IMG/VR virus record: IMGVR_UViG_3300044797_000098
Location: 342,471-406,470 of that record
Strand: one strand, 5' to 3'
Length of the DNA stretch: 64,000 bases
In this document: piece after piece, positions 31,929-40,093 of the stretch
Numbering within the stretch: the first letter of the stretch is position 1
Layout of the letters: each line of letters begins with the position of its first letter
Program-made: the position numbers and the translations under genes
Notes under the pieces: generated by a model
Databases searched by the model: none
What the model saw: the letters and a program-made list of their open reading frames with translations, nothing else
Told to the model about the DNA's origin: nothing

Positions 31929-33018
31929 CCCAACCGTGATATCCCTCTAATCCGTGATATCTTTCCATAGCATGACTAATGGTCCCAGTATGGGATGTTT
32001 TCAATTTTTCTGCTAACTTCTTGTTGCTTGCTGTCTGCACTGACTCAATACTACCATCTTTTGGATCGTATGTGATATGCAATTCTTCTTTGAAAAGTTT
32101 TCGGAATAGCCTGTATGCTACCTTTGGCGAGACTTTGAAAAACAAAATTGCTCGCTTTATCTCTGTCATTAATTCATTTTGATAGCAGATACGATCTGGA
32201 ATACAATCGTCCGTATCGTATGATGAATGCTGGCCTCTGCGAGACAATTTACAACTCAATGTGTAATAATCTTCGAGACTATCATAGACCGTATGAATAG
32301 ACAATCGCTCCCAATCTTTGGATACATACGATGTATATCCGGTTCCATAATACGAACTATTACTAACTGAAACAAGTTCATCTGTCCAGAATACTAATGT
32401 AAAATCTGAATACCTTCCAGACTTTGATGCACTGCTAATTGCAGCAGCACGATTTAGATTTCTGAACTTATATTTCTCGATTGATTGAATAACCGGTTTA
32501 GACTTTGTCGAACTTGAATTCGACATCAATGATGACCAAGTCGTTTGAGTTTCGGTTTTTGTTTCGGTTTGAGTTGTTGTATAGTCAGATACTCTAACGA
32601 TAGCAGTTGAGGACGCTTCCGTTGCAGATGAAACGACTTTTCTTTCTGCGTTAAAAACATGCATCTTTATATGCTGGTCGAGGTAATTTTTATGGATTTG
32701 ATTTCTGCATATATTACATTGCGACCAATCTGTTGATTTACTACTTAGTGGTGTGGTATTATTAATCATTTGATTTGGTGTTTCTTTTTTGGAATTATGT
32801 TTTCCAACATTAGGATTACCGTCGTCATCGAGACGATCAGAATTAACATCTACATAGTCAATAGGTTCCCCAACGCGTTCCCCAATCCGAAGGACATTTC
32901 CAACATACGGATTTCTCGGATGATAGTTGTGGTTTCCACCATGGATTGCATCACGATCATGGTATCTTTGGTGTTGGCAAACGACTGCGCCACACAATGA
33001 ACACACTATCCCTGACAT
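31921..33018 (-). CDS. Hypothetical protein with C2H2-like motif and Ser/Thr-rich linker
   Basis: C..C........L..H...H at residues ~101-120. Confidence 0.75.
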   Translation of the reverse strand: MSGIVCSLCGAVVCQHQRYHDRDAIHGGNHNYHPRNPYVGNVLRIGERVGEPIDYVDVNSDRLDDDGNPNVGKHNSKKETPNQMINNTTPLSSKSTDWSQCNICRNQIHKNYLDQHIKMHVFNAERKVVSSATEASSTAIVRVSDYTTTQTETKTETQTTWSSLMSNSSSTKSKPVIQSIEKYKFRNLNRAAAISSASKSGRYSDFTLVFWTDELVSVSNSSYYGTGYTSYVSKDWERLSIHTVYDSLEDYYTLSCKLSRRGQHSSYDTDDCIPDRICYQNELMTEIKRAILFFKVSPKVAYRLFRKLFKEELHITYDPKDGSIESVQTASNKKLAEKLKTSHTGTISHAMERYHGLEGYHGWGD

Positions 33019-33260
33019 CTATGCTAATCCTTTTAGCAGTTTAGCAAGCGCTCTTTGTTGGGCTTTGCGTTCGCGCTTTCGTTGTTTCTTGGATTTTGGA
33101 ACAACGGAATTACCACCGCAAGATGGACAACGCCCGTCGAGATATACTTGGTTCTTCTTCTTGTCTGGATCAATGACTTTGGATGTGCATAGACGGCACA
33201 CTAATGTGTAGTTATAGTCAATGATCTTAATTAGTTGTGGTTCCATTTTGTTATGCTTGG

Positions 33261-33289
33261 AATATAGCCATTGATGGCATCGCTGTCAA
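33261..33289 (-). promoter_or_regulatory. sigma70-type promoter
   Basis: TTGACA-17nt-TATATT. Confidence 0.85.
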
Positions 33290-33293
33290 TGTA

Positions 33294-33337
33294 GTTGCTT
33301 TGAACCCTGTGTGGCTGCTTGGAGCCCTGTGTGGTTG
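33294..33337. repeat. Imperfect 20-nt tandem repeat, two copies
   Basis: gttgctttgaaccctgtgtg / gctgcttggagccctgtgtg. Confidence 0.7.
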
Positions 33338-33353
33338 GATGTGCGCTAAAAAC

Positions 33354-33514
33354 TAAGAAAGGCGCAAAACCTTGGCAGCGTTTTCCGACCTAATGTCCTA
33401 TATAAGTTGCCTCATTAAAGTCCTCAATGCAATTTTTGAGGTTGCATATCAATGGAGAATGAGGAAGTATATTTGGACGATCGGAGACGGTGCTTAAGTG
33501 AGCGCCTTTGCTTA
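33354..33514. ncRNA. Candidate ~160-nt irregular rod-shaped RNA, strand uncertain
   Basis: Nested inverted repeats AAAGGCGC/GCGCCTTT, TCCGA/TCGGA, GTCC/GGAC, CCTCATT/AATGAGG, TGCAA/TTGCA, directly downstream of the tRNA-like trio. Confidence 0.6.
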
Positions 33515-33522
33515 TTTTGAAT

Positions 33523-33597
33523 TGGTGACCTCTATCTGGTATAAGCAGATATTCTTTTGAGCGAACTCAAAATGTCCTTAACTTAGACGAAGAGGCC
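33523..33597 (-). ncRNA. tRNA-Glu-like RNA 3 (non-canonical; UUCG tetraloop; CCA encoded)
   Basis: GGCCTCT TC GTCT AAGTTAA GGAC A TTTTGAG TTCG CTCAAAA GAAT ATCTG CTTATAC CAGAT AGAGGTC A CCA. Confidence 0.85.
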
Positions 33598-33610
33598 GTA
33601 ATGAAAAACT

Positions 33611-33686
33611 TGGTGACGGTAGGAGGGCTCGAGTCTCCATTGCCAATGCCGAAGCGCTGGTGTCCTACTAATTAGACGATACCGCC
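33611..33686 (-). ncRNA. tRNA-Glu-like RNA 2 (non-canonical; UUCG tetraloop; CCA encoded)
   Basis: GGCGGTA TC GTCT AATTAGTA GGAC A CCAGCGC TTCG GCATTGG CAAT GGAGA CTCGAGC CCTCC TACCGTC A CCA. Confidence 0.85.
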
Positions 33687-33702
33687 ATACGTAAAAACTT
33701 CG

Positions 33703-33775
33703 TGACCGGAGAGGGGCTCGAGTCCTCATCGATGTTTCCTAAGAAACATTATCCTACTAATTAGACGATCCGGCC
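33703..33775 (-). ncRNA. tRNA-Glu-like RNA 1 (non-canonical; UUAG tetraloop; CCA not encoded)
   Basis: GGCCGGA TC GTCT AATTAGTA GGAT A ATGTTTC TTAG GAAACAT CGAT GAGGA CTCGAGC CCCTC TCCGGTC A. Confidence 0.85.
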
Positions 33776-33814
33776 GTCTTTTGATCATTCACTTTCGCGT
33801 CCGACCATATCTAC

Positions 33815-33843
33815 AACTTAACCACTACCGCGCTGGCTGTCAA
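33815..33843 (-). promoter_or_regulatory. sigma70-type promoter of the tRNA-like operon
   Basis: TTGACA-17nt-TAAGTT. Confidence 0.8.
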
Positions 33844-34063
33844 GCCCCCTGCTTGGCTTTTTCCGCTTGCATCGTCAAGTTATGCGCAACGGAAAGAAAC
33901 ATCTCTCCAAGATTTCGGAAGTCTTGGATTGAAATGTCGTGCAACTGGATCGATCCGTAATTTGTACGATAGCCGAACTCAACAACCACTTCCCCATTTT
34001 CACCAACACTCATTGACCATTTTCGGAATCCACAATGGACTACTTCACTTTTGATGCTCATTT

Positions 34064-34336
34064 TTATTGACCAGCCTTGCGCAACTGAATGCCACCAGCC
34101 TTGCGCAACTGAATGCCACCACCCTTACCGCGAGGAGCGTGGATATCTGCACGACTATCCACATACATAGCAATGATAGCCACCGCGCCACCGACTGTCA
34201 AGCCATTGGCGATAGCAATCTCATTGGCAAGCGCTGTGCCAGATAGTGGCTTACCGCTTGCAACCGCTGCATTGATGCGTGTCTCCACGACATCAAGAAA
34301 ATTACTAATCGTATCAATTACAACTTGTTTGCTCAT
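34064..34336 (-). CDS. Small putative winged-helix protein
   Basis: HAPRGKGGGIQL wing-like motif; own promoter. Confidence 0.6.
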   Translation of the reverse strand: MSKQVVIDTISNFLDVVETRINAAVASGKPLSGTALANEIAIANGLTVGGAVAIIAMYVDSRADIHAPRGKGGGIQLRKAGGIQLRKAGQ

Positions 34337-34362
34337 TTTATTTTCCTTCCGAACTCTCTACT

Positions 34363-34391
34363 AATCTAACCAGCCTACCGACCGCTGTCAA
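34363..34391 (-). promoter_or_regulatory. sigma70-type promoter
   Basis: TTGACA-17nt-TAGATT. Confidence 0.85.
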
Positions 34392-34940
34392 GCCCACGTC
34401 GCCGATTTTTCCATTACACTATTTTTTGAATAATGATTTCAACTGCTACCAGTTCTCCGTTTTCAATACGGTATGTTGGGGTATATGGATTTCTATACAA
34501 CACGCCGTCAATACAAAACGAGCCAATGGCTGGTATGCTTTCCATATATACAATCAACATAGGCTGATTACTTAGTTTTTGACCGCTTTTACCTTGTCGA
34601 TATGCATCGACATATAATTCTATTATCATATGATCATCATCCTTTCAAACCCCGAAAATCCGTTTCACCAAGCGACTAACTAAATAAATCGGATACACAA
34701 TAATATATGCCATACCAGTCAAAACCATATACTCTCTAAAATCTCGTTGTTTTTGTTTTTCTCTGGCAGTCTTTTCTTCTTGCGTAATAAGTCTGCCTTC
34801 TTCTTTAATCGAATGCATTGGTCGTCTTGTTGCCATGTTATTTCTCACTTCTACTTCTATTATCCCCAATAGACAATAACAAGCCAACACCTAAAATAAT
34901 ACCAACGAACACGATATAACCAGTGATATGAAAATCCATT

Positions 34941-35420
34941 TTACTCTAACTCCACTCTACATTGACCGTCAGCAATGTTCGCGTATATATTCAACGCTTT
35001 GAACCTCTGTATTATAGTCTCTGCCATTGGCTTTGTCAAGACCGGGCACTTAAAATTACCGAACACAACTTCCTTTGATCCAGCAATACTAACACCGGTT
35101 ATCTCTCTAAATGCCTTCACCGCTTCCATTCTATTCTCATCAGGAAACGCAAGCATTCTAATCCTAACACCAACATCTGGCTCTTTATAAGTTCCTAAAT
35201 TGATTTCTTTTACTGGCTTCTCGCCCAACTTGGATTGCTTAATGAACGATGGTGTTTCTTCCATCGAAGTAATTGTTCCGATCGAATTAGCATCCGATTG
35301 AATGTTTCCAACGACATTGGCAGCAATCTGTGCAATATCCATAATCTCTCGCGAGGAAAGATTACGATTGAGTTTGATATGAAAGATACCGTTTTGATTT
35401 TCGTTTTTTATTTCGAACAT
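34941..35420 (-). CDS. Protein with ribosomal protein bL12 C-terminal-like domain
   Basis: RMEAVKAFREITGVSIAGSKEVV resembles the bL12 K..VIK.VR.ITGLGLKEAK..V motif. Confidence 0.6.
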   Translation of the reverse strand: MFEIKNENQNGIFHIKLNRNLSSREIMDIAQIAANVVGNIQSDANSIGTITSMEETPSFIKQSKLGEKPVKEINLGTYKEPDVGVRIRMLAFPDENRMEAVKAFREITGVSIAGSKEVVFGNFKCPVLTKPMAETIIQRFKALNIYANIADGQCRVELE

Positions 35421-35422
35421 TT

Positions 35423-35692
35423 TTACACCAACGTTAAGTATTTTGTCAAGTTTTCTTTTCCGTATATCTTTTTGTTATCTAATTGCTTGATATGTTCCCC
35501 ATCGATCCAGTATTCAGTTCCACCATCCACATATTCTATTGCCGGACCATCTTCTCTGTGAAAAAGATTACTATCATAACCAATACACCAATAGGTATTA
35601 CCATTATGATTGTATTGCCACCAAGCGTCGATACCCTCTATACGTTTACTCCAAGCATATAACGTGTTTTTAATTTGCTTTATTAATCCCAC
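35423..35692 (-). CDS. HREDGPA-motif protein with conserved KYLTLV tail
   Basis: HREDGPAIEY..YWIDG.HIKQLDNKKIYGKENLTKYLTLV. Confidence 0.8.
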   Translation of the reverse strand: MGLIKQIKNTLYAWSKRIEGIDAWWQYNHNGNTYWCIGYDSNLFHREDGPAIEYVDGGTEYWIDGEHIKQLDNKKIYGKENLTKYLTLV

Positions 35693-36391
35693 TGTTTATT
35701 TATCCTTGCAAGCATAATCTTATCGTATTCTTGTTCTTCCCAACCACAATTCTTCAATACCAATCTAAAATCAATCAATGCTTGTTTTACCTCTTCTACA
35801 CTTTTTGCTTTGGCGAAGATATCTGCTTCCAATCTTGCAATCGTGTCGAATGGCAATTTATACTTTTGCATCTACGATTCCAATCTCCTGAATTGTGTGT
35901 AATGGACAATTTATTCCATATTGGTTTTTCATATATGCATCGTATAATTCGATTAATTTTTTAGCATTATCGATGGTTTTATTAGTATTCGTAATTGCAA
36001 TTTGTTCTTTAATTGCATTAAGATCTCCTTGATCTTTGGTCGAAGATGTCGGTAAATCTAATGCAACAAAAAGATCTGGATACCTATGTGATGGTGCATT
36101 CATTGGCTCTGGAACTGGAACGGGACGATCTTCACCTATATCATCAACGGCTTGATATGGCTGAGCAGGCTGTTGTTGTAATTCTTCTAAGGAAACTAAG
36201 GAAAAAGCATTTGCTAATCTTGCATATGGAACTTTTTTCGGTGATTTCTTTGGTGATGGTTTTTTAGCCTTCAATCCAAGATATTCTTCAATTTTTTCTA
36301 CAACGCCTTCTACTGCTTTTGTTTCTGTTCTAAATGCTAATCCAGTTGGATTACCATCGGTATAATTAAAATATATCCACATATATAACTC

Positions 36392-37234
36392 CTAATCTGT
36401 AATTACGACTTTTTGATTTTTCTTCTTACATTTATTGTCCCATTGCTCAATAGTCCATCCGTATTCTTTGAGAATGTTTGGCCAATGTTCTTCATATTGT
36501 GATTTGTTTAATGTTTTTGACAACTCCATTAAATCATTGAACTTGGCTCTTTGCGGTGTTCTTATCTTGAAAGATGATCTTGTTGGATCTAATTCGAGAT
36601 CTGTTTTGATTGCAGCAATTCTATTAGGACGATTATTATCGACTTCAATTTTTACTAACTGCATTAATTCTTCGTGAGACAATGTAGGGTTTTTATCTTT
36701 TACAACAATGAATGCCTTCAATTCATCAATTTGATATCGTAGATTTTTGTTTGTTTCTCGATATTGTTCGAGAGTATTGATCAATGTTTCGGTAGATTTC
36801 TGTTCTTGTCGTTCCGATCTTCTTCCTTGTTCGACGCCCAAAAGGAATGTTATATGCAAAACAACATCCATCAGTTTGATGTTTTTTAATTTGGCAAGAT
36901 GTTTTTCTGTAAATTGATTTTTTGGAGACGGGAATAATTGCAATTCGTTCTTACCGATATTGTATCCTTCATAATCGAAGGATTTAACATCATTGCGAAT
37001 AAGTTTATATCCCTTATTGATTATGTCTTTTAACGGTGATATTAGTTTAGAATACGGAACTAATGTGGAAGGATCGTCTGACCACTTCTTCATTTTCTTT
37101 TGTGGCTTTGGCTCTTCCTTCGGTTTTTCATTTGCCGGAACTGATATGGTTGTTGGCAACATCTCTGATGGTTTGCTATTGAGTTTTGTAATATCAATTA
37201 CATTATTCATCTTATCGTCCAAGGTGTTGTCCAA
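36392..37234 (-). CDS. Hypothetical protein
   Basis: 280-aa ORF; no recognised motif. Confidence 0.75.
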   Translation of the reverse strand: MDNTLDDKMNNVIDITKLNSKPSEMLPTTISVPANEKPKEEPKPQKKMKKWSDDPSTLVPYSKLISPLKDIINKGYKLIRNDVKSFDYEGYNIGKNELQLFPSPKNQFTEKHLAKLKNIKLMDVVLHITFLLGVEQGRRSERQEQKSTETLINTLEQYRETNKNLRYQIDELKAFIVVKDKNPTLSHEELMQLVKIEVDNNRPNRIAAIKTDLELDPTRSSFKIRTPQRAKFNDLMELSKTLNKSQYEEHWPNILKEYGWTIEQWDNKCKKKNQKVVITD

Positions 37235-37862
37235 GGATTTGGAAAAAGATCATTTGATATCGTGAAAGTATTCCCAACCACATTTGTGGTGGTAGTGAAT
37301 GGTCCATACATAGTGGAATAAGTATTCGATTTCAATTCTTGAACTGGATGAATGTATAAAATCTCTCTTCCCTTTGGATCATATAGAGCATAAGCATGTA
37401 TTCCGGTTGTGATGGACGATTTTATTCCAACTGGAATAATTTGTATGTTATATACAGGATGCCAGTTTTGTGGATTAATAATTTTGGATTTAACCAGTTC
37501 TTCGTAAAAGTGTTGAAGAGTTCCTTTACCAGCGCATAGACTGATGTATCCTAATACTTTTGAGTTTTTACTTTGTAGTCTCGGACAATGAACGCGATAT
37601 ATCATTTGATCCTTTTTGGATTTGTATATTAAGTAATACTTTACTTAGACGAGAAACGATTTTAGATCGTCGTATGACTTCGTCCATCGAAAGTTTCTTG
37701 AATAAATTGAATATGTTGATTTGACTATTTTGACTACGGCCTGTTGCGATTGTATCTACAATAGAGTAAAACTCTTCTGATTTGAACTTATGATGGAAGT
37801 AATCTTCCAAGTCTAATGTTAGACCATATGGTGTGAATATAGATTGAAAACGATTGGGGGAT

Positions 37863-38075
37863 TTATGATGCGGAGATTTGGGTAATGGCATAGCGACCAC
37901 CTTTTCCTGCTACAATGTGTCCATCATTTGCAACTGTTTGTGCGATAGCGGATCTAATGGATCTTGCTACACCATTTGCTTTCAATTCATTATCAGCAAT
38001 GGTTCTGGCATCGTATCCGCCACCATACTGTTGCATTATATGTGTGTATAATGTGATTGCGTCTATTAGGTTCAT
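37863..38075 (-). CDS. Small hypothetical protein (predicted leaderless)
   Basis: ATG 38075 is 7 nt from the -10 of promoter 38082-38110. Confidence 0.7.
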   Translation of the reverse strand: MNLIDAITLYTHIMQQYGGGYDARTIADNELKANGVARSIRSAIAQTVANDGHIVAGKGGRYAITQISAS

Positions 38076-38081
38076 AGCAAC

Positions 38082-38110
38082 AATGTAAGCCTTTTTCCGT
38101 GTGTTGTCAA
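38082..38110 (-). promoter_or_regulatory. sigma70-type promoter
   Basis: TTGACA-17nt-TACATT. Confidence 0.85.
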
Positions 38111-38121
38111 GGGGGTGAAAC

Positions 38122-38158
38122 AAAAAGACCCCGCTATTGGCGCTTTGCCAGCGAGGTC
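38122..38158 (-). terminator. Intrinsic terminator-like hairpin with AAAGC loop
   Basis: GACCUCGCU-GGC-AAAGC-GCC-AAU-AGCGGGGUC-UUUUUG. Confidence 0.7.
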
Positions 38159-38159
38159 A

Positions 38160-38390
38160 TCGTCCTAAGTTAATTCGTTCTTGGGAGAGACAATCCCTTT
38201 GAACTAATCTTGGCATAACTTTGGAATGCCATGGCAATTTATAGTGAGCCATCACTTTCTTTCTGATTGCAAGTATAACTCAACGATGATCACCTTTGGA
38301 GTTATTGAGTTATGTTGCGCGATCCCAATTGATGATGGGATCAATTAACCCCTCATCCGTATCAAACTCAACGGACAAGGCAACAATTAG
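38160..38390 (-). ncRNA. Candidate multi-hairpin RNA
   Basis: UCCGU/ACGGA, GAUCCCA/UGGGAUC inside GUUGC/GCAAC, AUAACUCAA/UUGAGUUAU, UGGCAU/AUGCCA, GUUC..GGGA/UCCC..GAAC within a ~290-nt gap in an otherwise fully packed region. Confidence 0.55.
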
Positions 38391-38782
38391 CGTATAAACA
38401 AAACCCATATCCATTAGATTTTTCCAGCAATCACATCATCATAGCATAGCACGAATGCCTGACCGATCTCGGTATTGTTCTGAACCTCAATCAGCAAGTC
38501 TTGCAATGAATAATCCCTGCCGTCAAGTTCAATGAATAATGCCATAGTCTCGGCAGGCTCGTCCTCAATCCAAGCCTGCAATTCACTAATCACATAATTA
38601 TGATTGCTCATCACTATACTCCTTACATTCAGCACGGATTTTGCTACAATACTTACAAGGACAATCGTCTTCACCCCACCACTTGCTTAAACCTACCATC
38701 TGGCAAAACCAATAGAAACGATGACGAAGAATGTAGTTATCGAACTTATCGAGTAAGTGTATGATTAGTAATTTGATCGTTT

Positions 38783-39745
38783 TCATTTACATTCGATATG
38801 TTGAACTTGAACATTTCGTCGAGTTAGATCGGCAAGAACCTTGTCCGTTAGTGGTGAAAGACTTTCATTGTTATTTTGTCCATAATAATCATTCACTTCT
38901 TGAATAACGAAGACACCGCTCTTGAAGTTAGAAACGAGTGCGTATTTGTAAGCGCTCTCGAATGTATCAAACGACGCCATAACTTCTCTGCCATAAACAA
39001 CAACAAACTTGTTTCTTAGAAACTTATTGGTTAGCATATTCGGAAGTTCAGCAAGGAAGGCTTCATAATTTGCTTGTTGTTCAGGAGTGGCGAATGTTTT
39101 TTGTGCTTTTGGCGTCTTCTTAACTTCAACCTCTTGGGCTGACTCGCGAACAAAATCCTTACCATTCTTTACCCACTCTCCATAGTTTTCATTGCCATAC
39201 TTAATGAAACCAATCGTTGTCGGATCACAAGTGAGTGGTGTAGTGGATTTACTTGTTAGATCTTGTGTAGTCCAAGTTTTTAGTGCCTCAGTCATAATCT
39301 GTTTTTCAGTTTTACCACGAGAATCAATTTCACGAGGTTTCATTGAATCATCAAGCCACCGTTGTGCAGCCTTGGCAACACGAGCAGGAATATGATACGC
39401 CCAGTTATTCCCGTAAGTGCGCAAGATATAATCGCGATTGAACTTGGAAGCCTGCTCAAAACGAGCCACAATATCGGTCATAATCATTCGGCTAATGATA
39501 TGACCCGATGTCGGCATGGCTTCAACCCACACAATGGCAGGGTTTTCTTCCAATCTTCCTGCTGCAATTTTTCGCCCGAGATCCTTTTTGAAGTCATCTT
39601 TTGGATGCATTGTTGCAAGACTGTATTTGATTACATTACCAGCACGATCAATGGATGTCATTAGACAAGCAATAGGATCGCCTCGCTTTTGATTAGGACG
39701 AGGAACATTGCGAAGATAGTAAGTCCGAGTGTTGTGGGTGTTCAT
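38783..39745 (-). CDS. Hypothetical protein with DUF5678-like C-terminal motif
   Basis: KFVVVYG.EV..SFDTFE.AY......G.FVIQEV. Confidence 0.7.
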   Translation of the reverse strand: MNTHNTRTYYLRNVPRPNQKRGDPIACLMTSIDRAGNVIKYSLATMHPKDDFKKDLGRKIAAGRLEENPAIVWVEAMPTSGHIISRMIMTDIVARFEQASKFNRDYILRTYGNNWAYHIPARVAKAAQRWLDDSMKPREIDSRGKTEKQIMTEALKTWTTQDLTSKSTTPLTCDPTTIGFIKYGNENYGEWVKNGKDFVRESAQEVEVKKTPKAQKTFATPEQQANYEAFLAELPNMLTNKFLRNKFVVVYGREVMASFDTFESAYKYALVSNFKSGVFVIQEVNDYYGQNNNESLSPLTDKVLADLTRRNVQVQHIECK

Positions 39746-39780
39746 TTTTGACTTTCTTTGTGATTGTTGTTTTGATTATT

Positions 39781-39939
39781 TGGTTCTTGGGCTGGATTCG
39801 AACTCAGCATCACCGTGCAGGAACATCGCTTTGATGCTCAACGATTACACAAGTATCCTCCCGTAAGAAAAGGAGATATATAACCTGAGTTAATGGACTT
39901 AGGATTACGCTTTTCCTTTTCTATTGAACGACCAAGAAC
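39781..39939 (-). ncRNA. tRNA-shaped RNA with a ~95-nt insert replacing the anticodon arm
   Basis: GTTCTTGG/CCAAGAAC acceptor stem; TCGTTCAATAG..AGGA D-like arm; GCTG(A)G-TTCGAAT-CCAGC T arm; ends ACCA; 5' G at the predicted TSS. Confidence 0.75.
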
Positions 39940-39945
39940 ATTTCC

Positions 39946-39974
39946 AATGTAAGCATTTGACGGACGATTGTCAA
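39946..39974 (-). promoter_or_regulatory. sigma70-type promoter
   Basis: TTGACA-17nt-TACATT. Confidence 0.85.
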
Positions 39975-39986
39975 GGGTAAGTTGAT

Positions 39987-40090
39987 GTAGGCTTTTTCGG
40001 ATATGCCCGCCTACGAAGGCATTGCGATACAATACAATACGATTGTTATCGGCTGACTGCAACGCCGGCAACCTTATTATACCCATCCGA
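39987..40090 (-). ncRNA. Candidate pseudoknotted RNA element
   Basis: UCGGAU/AUCCGA, GGCGUUGC/GCAAUGCC, CGAUA/UAUCG, plus GUAGGC complementary to downstream GCCUAC. Confidence 0.45.
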
Positions 40091-40093
40091 GTC

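Noticed and set aside
33703-33775. Ochre or amber suppressor tRNA (UUA within UUAG) and stop-codon recoding
   Set aside because: The loop is a tetraloop without U33, and TAA, TAG and TGA all terminate genes at family-conserved positions, so the code appears standard.
34071-34120. 24-nt tandem duplication encoding GGIQLRKA twice
   Set aside because: A simple local in-frame duplication with no further structure.
39781-39939. tmRNA or tRNA-Sec
   Set aside because: No G3.U70 alanine identity, no tag ORF, too short for tmRNA; no UCA anticodon loop or Sec-type long D stem.
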